Positions 55,239 through 63,501 of a stretch of 64,000 nt of DNA are shown piece by piece. The stretch is taken from positions 107,828 to 171,827 of the forward strand of contig DUAE01000055.1 in the NCBI GenBank assembly GCA_012960975.1. The letters run 5' to 3'. The position numbers and the translations under genes were made by a program. The stretch is from Candidatus Poseidoniales archaeon. GTDB taxonomy: Archaea > Thermoplasmatota > Poseidoniia > Poseidoniales > Thalassarchaeaceae. The notes below the pieces were generated by a model, which was given only the letters and a program-made list of their open reading frames with translations, did not search any database and was not told the origin of the DNA. Numbering within the stretch: position 1 is the first letter of the stretch; every line of letters starts with the position of its first letter.

Positions 55239-58007
55239 ATGGGATTGATTGAACGATTCGGACGCATTGCTGATGTATATATCAGTGAGAGAGATCAACT
55301 TGTCACCGCAGAACATGAACGGCGACGAGTATTCACCGGCCAACCATTTTGGCCAACAGAAGTATTGAGGGACACAATTATTTTAGCTGCAATGGTAATG
55401 GTTCTTGCATTCTATTGTTGGTTAATTCCTCCTCCTTTACATAGTGCAGCAGATCCATTTGCACAGGCAGGCTTTGTGTTCCCTGATTGGTATGTTTTAT
55501 TCTCGTATGGTTACTTACGTTGGGGAGAATATCTACCACAATTCATCATCCCAGCTGGGCCGATAGGTGCTTTCTTAGGAACTCCTGTAATCTCATGGAA
55601 CGCAGCATGGTGGGGAGCTTTTATCACCGGATTACCAGTTGGAATTCTAACATTACCTCCATTCTTAGGAGGTCGGGAAAAGAGACCTGCTGAAGATCCA
55701 TGGTTTGCGACGGCCGGGGCAGTTTACCTTGCTCATGTTTGGTTTATTTCCGTATTTTCAATTAACATATTCTTACAACTCTACTCAAAGGATTTGTCAA
55801 ATTTTTGTTGGTTGAATTCTCATGGTGCTTTATTCTGTGGTAGGCAAGCACCATGGACTGCTCAAGTTTTCAATACAATACCTTGGTTATTAACCGGTGT
55901 TTTCATATTCGCAGTGATTTATTTTGTTGTCCGAAAATTTGGACTAAATTCAATGGGTGCAAGGTTAACACCGGCGCTAGGAAAGCAAATTGCAGTCGGA
56001 TCCGCAGTTGCAGCTGTCCTAATTTGCATAGTAACATGGCCTATTTACGAAAGTGGTTTCTGGGATTACGGAGGATTAGGAGCCATGGAGGATATCGAAG
56101 AACTCGAAGAACTCCGAGGACAACCATCAGATACTCTCGTTCATGCTGAAAAAGGCAATGCTTGGAGTGATTGGGGGGACGAGTGTTTACCTTACGAAGA
56201 TACAGGAAATTTAGCAATTTGGGAAAGTTTGAGCCATGGTGAAGATTTTGCTGATTATTGTGTGATTCCAGCAACACATTGGGTTAATTGGGGATTATTC
56301 CAACCAACGCGAACAACGCTTCTAGATTTCTCAGGAGTAAACGAACATACCGATACAAATAATGGGATTAATGGAGCTTCGATGGATTATTCTTATGACG
56401 GGAGTGATACAATTACAGAAATAAAATCATTCACAATTGAAAATTTTGGAATTGGCTTAGTTCCCGTAGACATTAGCTGTAACTTCCGCACGACAGTCCG
56501 CGATGCAGGCGTACATTCCCAATCCCTTACTCTAAATGATGCAACTGGAACTGAAATCTGGAGTACTAGCGATGGAATTTGTAGTTCAACCACTCTGAAT
56601 CTTGATTCAGGATCATCTTATTCATTGCATTTCTCCTGTATTAGTACAGATGTTGATTCATCGGTCACAATGATTACTGGATTTTCAGCAATAGCATTCC
56701 AACCTCTTCTGCTGGCCGAAGACGGCACCGCGTTCTTGAGGTCAGAATCAGACAGTAGTCCATCAGAATTAATGACTCTATCCATCGATAATCCTACTTA
56801 TCATAAAAATCCGAAAGCCTTGGATGCGAAATTAATCTATTCTCTATTCATCCCATGCTTAGGTGTTGGGGCGATGGTTTTCATGTTGATGAGATCATTG
56901 GCTAGGGGATATGAGTGGGAAATGAACAAATGCTACGGCTGCGATTTATGTGATGATGCATGCCCTGTTCGATTGTTTACTGCTGGTGATAAACTCAACA
57001 TCATTTACAATACCTGGAACAATGAAGATGATGGAGTCCCCCTCTATTCTTGTTTGACGTGCAGTGCTTGTACAAATGCTTGTCCACAATTAGTCGATTA
57101 CGACTCTTATATCGATATTCGACGAAATCTAATCGTAGGGGGCCCACCTGCTGCTGAAATCCCACACTCTGTCCTGCAAGCAGTTTTAGCTGCAGAAGCG
57201 GAAGAAGATGCAGATGAGTTTTTCATCTCAATAGAGGATTACCCCATTGATTCGAATGTGGGTTATTACCCGGGTTGTGTTGATTACATCGATCAAGAAA
57301 TGATTTTCAGTAGTGTCAACGAAGGTAGCATGGATTTGGGTGATACTACGACTGCAGCATTCACATTGTTTGAAGAAATGGACGCAGAGGTCACCTATCT
57401 TGGTAGAGATTTCTTGAAGTGTTGTGGGCATGACCAGAAATGGCAAGGAATGACCGAAGTCTTTGAAAAATTAAAGGCGTATAATCAGAAAAAACTTGAT
57501 GATAGTGGAATAGATACCCTAGTTACATCTTGTGCAGAATGTTTCCGGACTTTTGCGATGGATTACGAATTAGAAAATATGAAGGTAATGCACACTACTG
57601 AATATCTAATAGAAAATGGATTTGACATGGAATTGTCAACAGAAGAAGATATGACAGTCACATTCCACGACCCTTGCAGGCTCGGAAGGCAAATGAATAT
57701 CTATGAGGAACCTAGGAATTTGATAAGGGCAGTCGATGGTGTTGAATTAGTCGAAATGGAACATACAGGAGAAGATGCTCTTTGCTGTGGCGTATCCAGC
57801 ATGATGTCTTGTAACGAGGATAGTCGTGCGTTAAGAATCCAAAGATTCGATGAGGTAAAAGCAACTGGTGCAGACATTATGTTGACATCATGTCCAAAAT
57901 GCGTCAGCCATTTTGAATGTCTGAAGTTTGAAGGAGACCCTTCCAATAATATCGAAATTCTTGATGTTGTTTCATTCCTTGCAAACCAAATAAATAATCG
58001 AAAATAA
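55239..58007 (+). CDS. Fusion protein: cytochrome b C-terminal/subunit IV-like domain + extracytoplasmic domain + HdrD/GlpC-type 2x[4Fe-4S] and 2xCCG domain
   Basis: aa 1 to about 270: TM helices with FVFPDWYVLFSYGYLR (PEWY-type Qo motif). aa about 280-545: hydrophilic acidic domain. TM LIYSLFIPCLGVGAMVFMLM. Then CYGCDLCDDACP and CLTCSACTNACP, YPGC...KCCGHD...TSCAEC and HDPCRLGR...LCCGVS...TSCPKC. Confidence 0.8.
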   Translation: MGLIERFGRIADVYISERDQLVTAEHERRRVFTGQPFWPTEVLRDTIILAAMVMVLAFYCWLIPPPLHSAADPFAQAGFVFPDWYVLFSYGYLRWGEYLPQFIIPAGPIGAFLGTPVISWNAAWWGAFITGLPVGILTLPPFLGGREKRPAEDPWFATAGAVYLAHVWFISVFSINIFLQLYSKDLSNFCWLNSHGALFCGRQAPWTAQVFNTIPWLLTGVFIFAVIYFVVRKFGLNSMGARLTPALGKQIAVGSAVAAVLICIVTWPIYESGFWDYGGLGAMEDIEELEELRGQPSDTLVHAEKGNAWSDWGDECLPYEDTGNLAIWESLSHGEDFADYCVIPATHWVNWGLFQPTRTTLLDFSGVNEHTDTNNGINGASMDYSYDGSDTITEIKSFTIENFGIGLVPVDISCNFRTTVRDAGVHSQSLTLNDATGTEIWSTSDGICSSTTLNLDSGSSYSLHFSCISTDVDSSVTMITGFSAIAFQPLLLAEDGTAFLRSESDSSPSELMTLSIDNPTYHKNPKALDAKLIYSLFIPCLGVGAMVFMLMRSLARGYEWEMNKCYGCDLCDDACPVRLFTAGDKLNIIYNTWNNEDDGVPLYSCLTCSACTNACPQLVDYDSYIDIRRNLIVGGPPAAEIPHSVLQAVLAAEAEEDADEFFISIEDYPIDSNVGYYPGCVDYIDQEMIFSSVNEGSMDLGDTTTAAFTLFEEMDAEVTYLGRDFLKCCGHDQKWQGMTEVFEKLKAYNQKKLDDSGIDTLVTSCAECFRTFAMDYELENMKVMHTTEYLIENGFDMELSTEEDMTVTFHDPCRLGRQMNIYEEPRNLIRAVDGVELVEMEHTGEDALCCGVSSMMSCNEDSRALRIQRFDEVKATGADIMLTSCPKCVSHFECLKFEGDPSNNIEILDVVSFLANQINNRK

Positions 58008-58017
58008 TTTTTGGTTT

Positions 58018-58302
58018 TTAATTAAAGGCGAGAAATCCTGAATATATTGCAGCAATAAAGTTTAACAAAACACCTATAATAGTCATTTTTGCCATTTGAG
58101 GATTGTTATAACCCATTGCGATAAGACATAGAAAGAAACCAATTAAACCACCACATGCAAATGAAATCCAAGCAATTTCAACAGAGATAAATATCGCCAT
58201 CACAAACCAAATGGAGATTGGCAATAATAATCCCAACCAAGCGGTTGAATACTTCCACCAAGGCAACTCCTCGACTGAGATTTCCATGGTTAATCCAAAC
58301 AT
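58018..58302 (-). CDS. Small three-TM membrane protein (hypothetical)
   Basis: 94 aa and strongly hydrophobic (LGLLLPISIWFVMAIFISV, FACGGLIGFFLCLIAM, IIGVLLNFIAAIYSGFLAF). Confidence 0.4.
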   Translation of the reverse strand: MFGLTMEISVEELPWWKYSTAWLGLLLPISIWFVMAIFISVEIAWISFACGGLIGFFLCLIAMGYNNPQMAKMTIIGVLLNFIAAIYSGFLAFN

Positions 58303-58367
58303 GTCCTCAACATCAAACTAACGTAACAACCATAGACTTGAGAAGAGGAAGGCTCTCGTTCTATCCA

Positions 58368-58700
58368 ATGACCAATGTCTCAGACCTCTCTGAGCGGCGT
58401 TCAAAACAAAAAAACCGTATAAGGCAAATGTTGAACACGGTTAGAGCTGAAGAACGCCTCAACCTCAAAGGTGGTGAAGATGCAGTTGCTTGGGTAAAAG
58501 AAGAATTATGCATCGGTTGTGATCAATGCACAATCGTCTGTGATGATGAAGCAATCGAATTATACGATACCCCGTTGGCCAGCCCGATTCTCAATATCGA
58601 TGTAAATCGCAAAGCGAGAGTTTTGAGAGAACCCTGTACTGGTTGCAAATTATGTGTTCTCGCTTGTCCGACAGACGCGATAATAATGATAGATAGGTGA
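58368..58700 (+). CDS. 2x[4Fe-4S] ferredoxin-domain protein
   Basis: CIGCDQCTIVCDDEAI and CTGCKLCVLACPTDAI. Started at the internal ATG 58368, because the track ORF from 58218 overlaps the opposite-strand membrane gene. Confidence 0.6.
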   Translation: MTNVSDLSERRSKQKNRIRQMLNTVRAEERLNLKGGEDAVAWVKEELCIGCDQCTIVCDDEAIELYDTPLASPILNIDVNRKARVLREPCTGCKLCVLACPTDAIIMIDR

Positions 58701-58705
58701 GATAT

Positions 58706-59017
58706 ATGAGTAAAGAAACGGAAGATGAACCCCTTAGATTCGGGGCAGAATTTGGCCCAAAACGTACCGACTTAAACAAAGGAGTCTCATTATCGACGTT
58801 CAAATCACTTGTTTGGGTTTCAAATTTGGGTGGATTGATTCTGTTCGCAATTGGTTTAGAACTATTGATGGTTCAACAACAATTCTATCTGGCATTAGGC
58901 TGTTTAGTAGGTGGAGTAGTCATTGCTCTTTTCCCTTCAAACTATGAAATTGTAGGGATGGAAGGAATAGAAATTGATTCAGGGGACTCAGAAAATGAAA
59001 AGGAACCAAAAACTTAG
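58706..59017 (+). CDS. Small two-TM membrane protein (hypothetical)
   Basis: The ATG at 58706 is preceded by AGGTGA; the track start is GTG 58697. Two TM helices and an acidic tail. Confidence 0.4.
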   Translation: MSKETEDEPLRFGAEFGPKRTDLNKGVSLSTFKSLVWVSNLGGLILFAIGLELLMVQQQFYLALGCLVGGVVIALFPSNYEIVGMEGIEIDSGDSENEKEPKT

Positions 59018-59062
59018 CATGAGTCTGCAAATGCTTCCTAAATCTATGACAATGCATTAACG

Positions 59063-59539
59063 GTGTTTCATATGAACCAATTATTTCGTCAAACATTAAA
59101 CACTCCTTTGGGGAAAATGTTTGTCGAAGCAAGCAGTTATGGATTGACACGAGTTGGTTGGGGAGAAAATGAGCATTCAGAAATGGCAAATATTCACACA
59201 CAGAAAGGAGTACTTTGGCTAAACAGATATTTCGAAAAAAATGATACAGAGATGCTAGAATTTGACACAAGAAGTTTAACAATCTTCCAAAAATCTGTAT
59301 TACTGAAATTAAATACTTCAAAATTTGGAAATGTAATGTCTTATAGAGAATTGGCATCAAAGGTAAATTCACCAGGAGCTAGTAGAGCAGTGGGTTCAGT
59401 GATGGCCATGAATCCTTGGCCGATTATCGTACCTTGCCATAGAGTGGTCAGATCTGATGGAATCATTGGAAATTATAGTGGAGTTGGTGGAAAAACAACA
59501 AAACAATGGCTTCTAAACCACGAGAGAATTGAGTCCTAG
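59063..59539 (+). CDS. ogt: Methylated-DNA--protein-cysteine methyltransferase
   Basis: YRELASKV..PGASRAVGSVMAMNPWPIIVPCHRVVRSDG..GNYSGVGG...KQWLLNHE, with the PCHRV active site. Confidence 0.85.
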   Translation: MFHMNQLFRQTLNTPLGKMFVEASSYGLTRVGWGENEHSEMANIHTQKGVLWLNRYFEKNDTEMLEFDTRSLTIFQKSVLLKLNTSKFGNVMSYRELASKVNSPGASRAVGSVMAMNPWPIIVPCHRVVRSDGIIGNYSGVGGKTTKQWLLNHERIES

Positions 59540-59541
59540 AG

Positions 59542-60765
59542 TTAATTTTCTAATTCTGCATATTCTGCAGACAACCCGAGAAGAGCTAATTCAGCAACCA
59601 AGGTATGCCAACCTGAAGCATGCAGAAGAGCCTCTTTACCACCCTCGTCCATCTCGAGTTTTGATGGGGTGATAAAACGTGTCGAGGGGGTATTCAGATT
59701 TGCAAGATCTCCTTTCTTGTTATTGGCTCTGTAGAACCAAGCATCGACATCACCACCAACTGAATACATACAAGGTTCAATGACATAATCCCCCCACTTC
59801 AAACGAGTTGGAACACCTTCTTGGATTAAAAAATCAATAACTTCTGCCCCTCCTTTCCCATAGGTTAATTTATTCATTTTTCTTTTAGATAAATTCAATA
59901 ATTCATCACCAGATGAAATTTCAAGAATTCCTAATCCGTATGTTCCAGAATCGTTTTTTACAAATAATTTTGGCTTACTATCAATTCCTAATGAACGATA
60001 TTTGTCCCGCAACATGTCTAGGCAATCATCAACGTCCTTAGCAAGGGCTTGACGGCAAGTTTCCTGTTCTAGACATTTATTTCCACTAACAAACCAATGT
60101 GTCCCTAAAACCCAAGGGTCAATTTCCAATAATTCTGCCACTTCATCAATAAATGGCTGAACCACTCTGAAATGATTGGATTTTTTCCGCTGAAACCACC
60201 CTAAACCCTGAGGGGGTGCAACTGGAATTTTACCTGAAGGTATTTTTCCAGCAGTAAGATCATTATTCGTGATAATCAAATCCGGTCGTTGACCATTTAC
60301 CAATACTCCATCAGGACATATAGTCACTGGAGATAATGGAAGGGGGCCAGATAATGCCTCAATTTCTGCAAAGTCTGCCAATTCTACTGATCCAACTCTA
60401 CACTCTCTACCTGCTGATTGTATCAGTTTTTTTATTACCAATATATTTTCAGCATAACCTGGATTACGGGTATTTGATTCAGGCCAAAGTAACACAAGTT
60501 GTGAACCGGGGTATTCGTTATCCAACCAATGACGTATAGGTCCAACAAGGCGTTGTAAATCATCTTCTTCAATATTATTAAATCCAGCAGGAAAAGCATT
60601 AATATCGACTGCGGCAACCTTCCAACCCGAATCTCTAATGTCGACAGACCCGTATAGTGGAGCTGGATATTGAGCACGTTTGTGTTCGAACCATTCGGCA
60701 AGCATTTCTCGGTTTGCTTCTAATCGTGGCCGCAATTCATTCAATAAATTCGACTTATCATACAA
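59542..60765 (-). CDS. gshA: Glutamate--cysteine ligase, rare 'T. ferrooxidans-type' GshA family (putative)
   Basis: 407 aa. YPAPLYGSVDIRDSGWKVAAVDINAFPAGFNN matches my memory of the signature of this GshA family (PFYxSVDLRNxGFKxAPVDxNLFPAGFNN). Overlaps the upstream asnB stop by 8 nt. Confidence 0.5.
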   Translation of the reverse strand: MYDKSNLLNELRPRLEANREMLAEWFEHKRAQYPAPLYGSVDIRDSGWKVAAVDINAFPAGFNNIEEDDLQRLVGPIRHWLDNEYPGSQLVLLWPESNTRNPGYAENILVIKKLIQSAGRECRVGSVELADFAEIEALSGPLPLSPVTICPDGVLVNGQRPDLIITNNDLTAGKIPSGKIPVAPPQGLGWFQRKKSNHFRVVQPFIDEVAELLEIDPWVLGTHWFVSGNKCLEQETCRQALAKDVDDCLDMLRDKYRSLGIDSKPKLFVKNDSGTYGLGILEISSGDELLNLSKRKMNKLTYGKGGAEVIDFLIQEGVPTRLKWGDYVIEPCMYSVGGDVDAWFYRANNKKGDLANLNTPSTRFITPSKLEMDEGGKEALLHASGWHTLVAELALLGLSAEYAELEN

Positions 60766-62629
60766 TTAAATCACTCCAATTACTTACATCATCTAAAACA
60801 TCTAACAAAGAACCACTCCGCATACCATTTTCCGAATCTGTGAAATGCATTGCATGAAAGATTCGTAAACCTATCGCCATATCTGGTTGATCCCTCAACA
60901 TCGGTGCGAGATTTCCATATTCTGAAGCCCATTCTAATGCTCTCGGCTTTAATTCATTAATTAAATTTGAAATTTGTGAAGGAGCTGTAGCCGTACCAGC
61001 AGGGATTTTAGGTCGATGAATAATATTATCAGGTAAATTTGTTAGTTTAGCGGCTTCACGTAAAGCCATTTTTTCATTATCTTCCGATAAACGCCAATTC
61101 AATGGTAGTTGATGAGATGCTTTTCGATGGGCTGAGCCGAGGAAAGGTACTCGAACTTCCAATCCATAGGCCATACTATGTCGATCACCTAATCGCAATT
61201 GGAAATTTGCTAACTGACCGCGATCCATCTCAAATTGGAGGGTGGAAGTTAGATCTCTCAGATGTGTTTTTGGATCGACAATGCCATCTACCCAAGGTTG
61301 AGCCATTCCAACCGATGTTGAATCGATTGAAACTTGTCCGCCCAAATCCATGCGTTTCTGAATCAAATCCGCATGTGCAGAAATATTGCGAAATCTAGGA
61401 TAACCAGCGTGTAGTTCATCTGCTCCTTGACCACACAATCCAACACGAACTTTTCGGGACATTTCTTCAAATAAAGGTTGCCAGAATAAGACAGTGATGT
61501 CTAAATCTTCCCCACTCCACACAAAAGATGGTAATCGCCGCCAAAAATCTTCTTCTTCGAGAATCTTTGTGTGATGAACTAATTCATGATTGGCAGTGAC
61601 CTCTCGGGATGCCAATAAATCGGGATTTTCTTCACTACCAGCAACTGTCCAACACTCAGGAACGGGATTACCAGTAGAATCTGCAGCCTTGTGGGCGAGG
61701 GCAGCGACCAAACTTGAATCCAATCCACCTGAAAGTACGATACCTACAGGAACATCAGCCATCAAACGATCTTCAAGACTATTACACAAACTATCGAGAA
61801 GTGGTTGTGCCCCTGTTGCAGGATTCCAAGAGTTGCTAGGAGAAACTATATCTTGAGAATACTGAGCAACCCCAGTGAGTACTGCTTTTCCAGCTTTATC
61901 TAAAGACCATGTTTCAATTGTCCCTGGACCCACTGAACTAACATTGGCAAAAAGGGTCGTTCTATCCAATGGATATTCGTAAGCCAATCTGACATGCAAC
62001 GCTGTGACATCCGGAACTGCTCTAAATTCAGGATGCCCAAAAAAACATTTGACCTCTGAACCAAATAATAATGTCCCATCGGCTAAAATTGTACGTACTA
62101 ATGGATTAACTCCCATCCCATCTCGACAAAGAATGAGTTGCTTCGCACTCTCGTCCCATATTGCAAACCCCCACACGCCGTCGAGTTGAGAAATCCATTC
62201 AATGTGTTTTTCTGCTGGGTTTCCAGGTAGAGTTGCACCCCGAGTGCAGCGCAACCCACCAATTTGGATAGATTCCGGAATTGTTGAAGCTATGTTAGAT
62301 GTCCAGCCACCTCTCTTGTGAAGTGCTAGAATAGTCTCTGCGTCTCCAGATGTATTCCAGGGATAATTTGAATTGTTTTTCCTAATGATTTTATGATTGT
62401 AAATTTCACCATTTTGGATCAATACACAATTGTGTTCAGATTGAATCGGCTGCCAAGAACCATTCAAATCTACTATTGCTAAACGTGCTTGTGCTAAAGC
62501 CACAGCACCGGCTCCTACATCAGCACCGAATTTTCCAGAACCATCTGGACCTCGGTGCGCTAAACGAGCAGCCATGGAGCTAGCAATTGACGAATCACCG
62601 TTGCCAAGTAAGCCACTAATTCCACACAT
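60758..62629 (-). CDS. asnB: Asparagine synthase (glutamine-hydrolysing) family amidotransferase
   Basis: N-terminal MCGISG (Cys2 nucleophile), class-II GATase domain, and PP-loop LSGGLDSS in the synthetase domain. The track ORF opens 8 codons earlier at 62653. Confidence 0.8.
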   Translation of the reverse strand: MCGISGLLGNGDSSIASSMAARLAHRGPDGSGKFGADVGAGAVALAQARLAIVDLNGSWQPIQSEHNCVLIQNGEIYNHKIIRKNNSNYPWNTSGDAETILALHKRGGWTSNIASTIPESIQIGGLRCTRGATLPGNPAEKHIEWISQLDGVWGFAIWDESAKQLILCRDGMGVNPLVRTILADGTLLFGSEVKCFFGHPEFRAVPDVTALHVRLAYEYPLDRTTLFANVSSVGPGTIETWSLDKAGKAVLTGVAQYSQDIVSPSNSWNPATGAQPLLDSLCNSLEDRLMADVPVGIVLSGGLDSSLVAALAHKAADSTGNPVPECWTVAGSEENPDLLASREVTANHELVHHTKILEEEDFWRRLPSFVWSGEDLDITVLFWQPLFEEMSRKVRVGLCGQGADELHAGYPRFRNISAHADLIQKRMDLGGQVSIDSTSVGMAQPWVDGIVDPKTHLRDLTSTLQFEMDRGQLANFQLRLGDRHSMAYGLEVRVPFLGSAHRKASHQLPLNWRLSEDNEKMALREAAKLTNLPDNIIHRPKIPAGTATAPSQISNLINELKPRALEWASEYGNLAPMLRDQPDMAIGLRIFHAMHFTDSENGMRSGSLLDVLDDVSNWSDLIV

Positions 62630-62678
62630 AGTTAACCCTCTAACGAACAACAATCATGGTCATGAAAATTGATATTGA

Positions 62679-62795
62679 TCAGAAGAATTTTACAAAAATA
62701 AACAGGGAAGCAACCGATGCAATTATCCACATCATCACATAAGTATTTTGGGATAATGGAGACTTAACTATTCCACTCTTATCTTCATCACTCAT
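62679..62795 (-). CDS. Possible 38-aa single-TM micro-protein
   Basis: My own translation: MSDEDKSGIVKSPLSQNTYVMMWIIASVASLFIFVKFF. Below the track cutoff and supported only by the ORF and a TM-like segment. Confidence 0.2.
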   Translation of the reverse strand: MSDEDKSGIVKSPLSQNTYVMMWIIASVASLFIFVKFF

Positions 62796-62847
62796 GTCTA
62801 TCAAACCTGCGAGTGGCATTAGGATTGTAAAGATAACGCTATTCTAC

Positions 62848-63489
62848 TCAAATGAATGGTTGTAGAAGAAATAAAATTGTTAGCGGAACGAGAATCATCG
62901 TTGCGTTATCATCAATCCATTTCACTCGAGGCAATTCACCGAGAACGGTGAACGGCGCTAAAATTAGTGCTATCCAAAGAGGTGTTCCCAACCAAAAAGA
63001 ACTACCTATCCAGATAATAAAAGAAATAATTAATCCCCCAATTATTGCTGCTTGAATCCCTTGTTTATTACGTTTAATTTCACCCATCACCGGGTCGACA
63101 AATGTCAGCCCCCAAATCATCGGAGCCCCATACAATCCAGATTTCATTCCACTTCCTTCTTGTGGAGTAATAAGCAATGCGAGACACACAGCAAATGCAC
63201 CCCATGCTAATGCTGAAATTTGTGTTGCTTCGTATTCTCGTTGGCCAATTATAATAATTCCAAATTTTAATCTAATCGTTTCTAGTGATAATATAGTGAA
63301 ACAAATTAATATCACCAATTGAGTAGGGGAAATAGAAATTATACTAGATATATCTTCACCTTTTGTGTAATAGAGAACTGGAATTACAGCCATGCTAATA
63401 TGAAGGAGGCGGCGGAAAAAGTGACCTCCTACTCCACCAACAGAATGGTTCACATGATCTATATCGATCGGGATTTCTTCATTATTCAT
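62848..63489 (-). CDS. Polytopic membrane protein, possibly polyprenol/dolichol-kinase or CTP-transferase-like
   Basis: 213 aa with about 6 TM helices. The FFRRLLHISMAVIPVLYY region vaguely resembles CTP-dependent polyprenol kinases. Weak call. Confidence 0.3.
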   Translation of the reverse strand: MNNEEIPIDIDHVNHSVGGVGGHFFRRLLHISMAVIPVLYYTKGEDISSIISISPTQLVILICFTILSLETIRLKFGIIIIGQREYEATQISALAWGAFAVCLALLITPQEGSGMKSGLYGAPMIWGLTFVDPVMGEIKRNKQGIQAAIIGGLIISFIIWIGSSFWLGTPLWIALILAPFTVLGELPRVKWIDDNATMILVPLTILFLLQPFI

Positions 63490-63501
63490 CTGTAATCCAT
63501 C

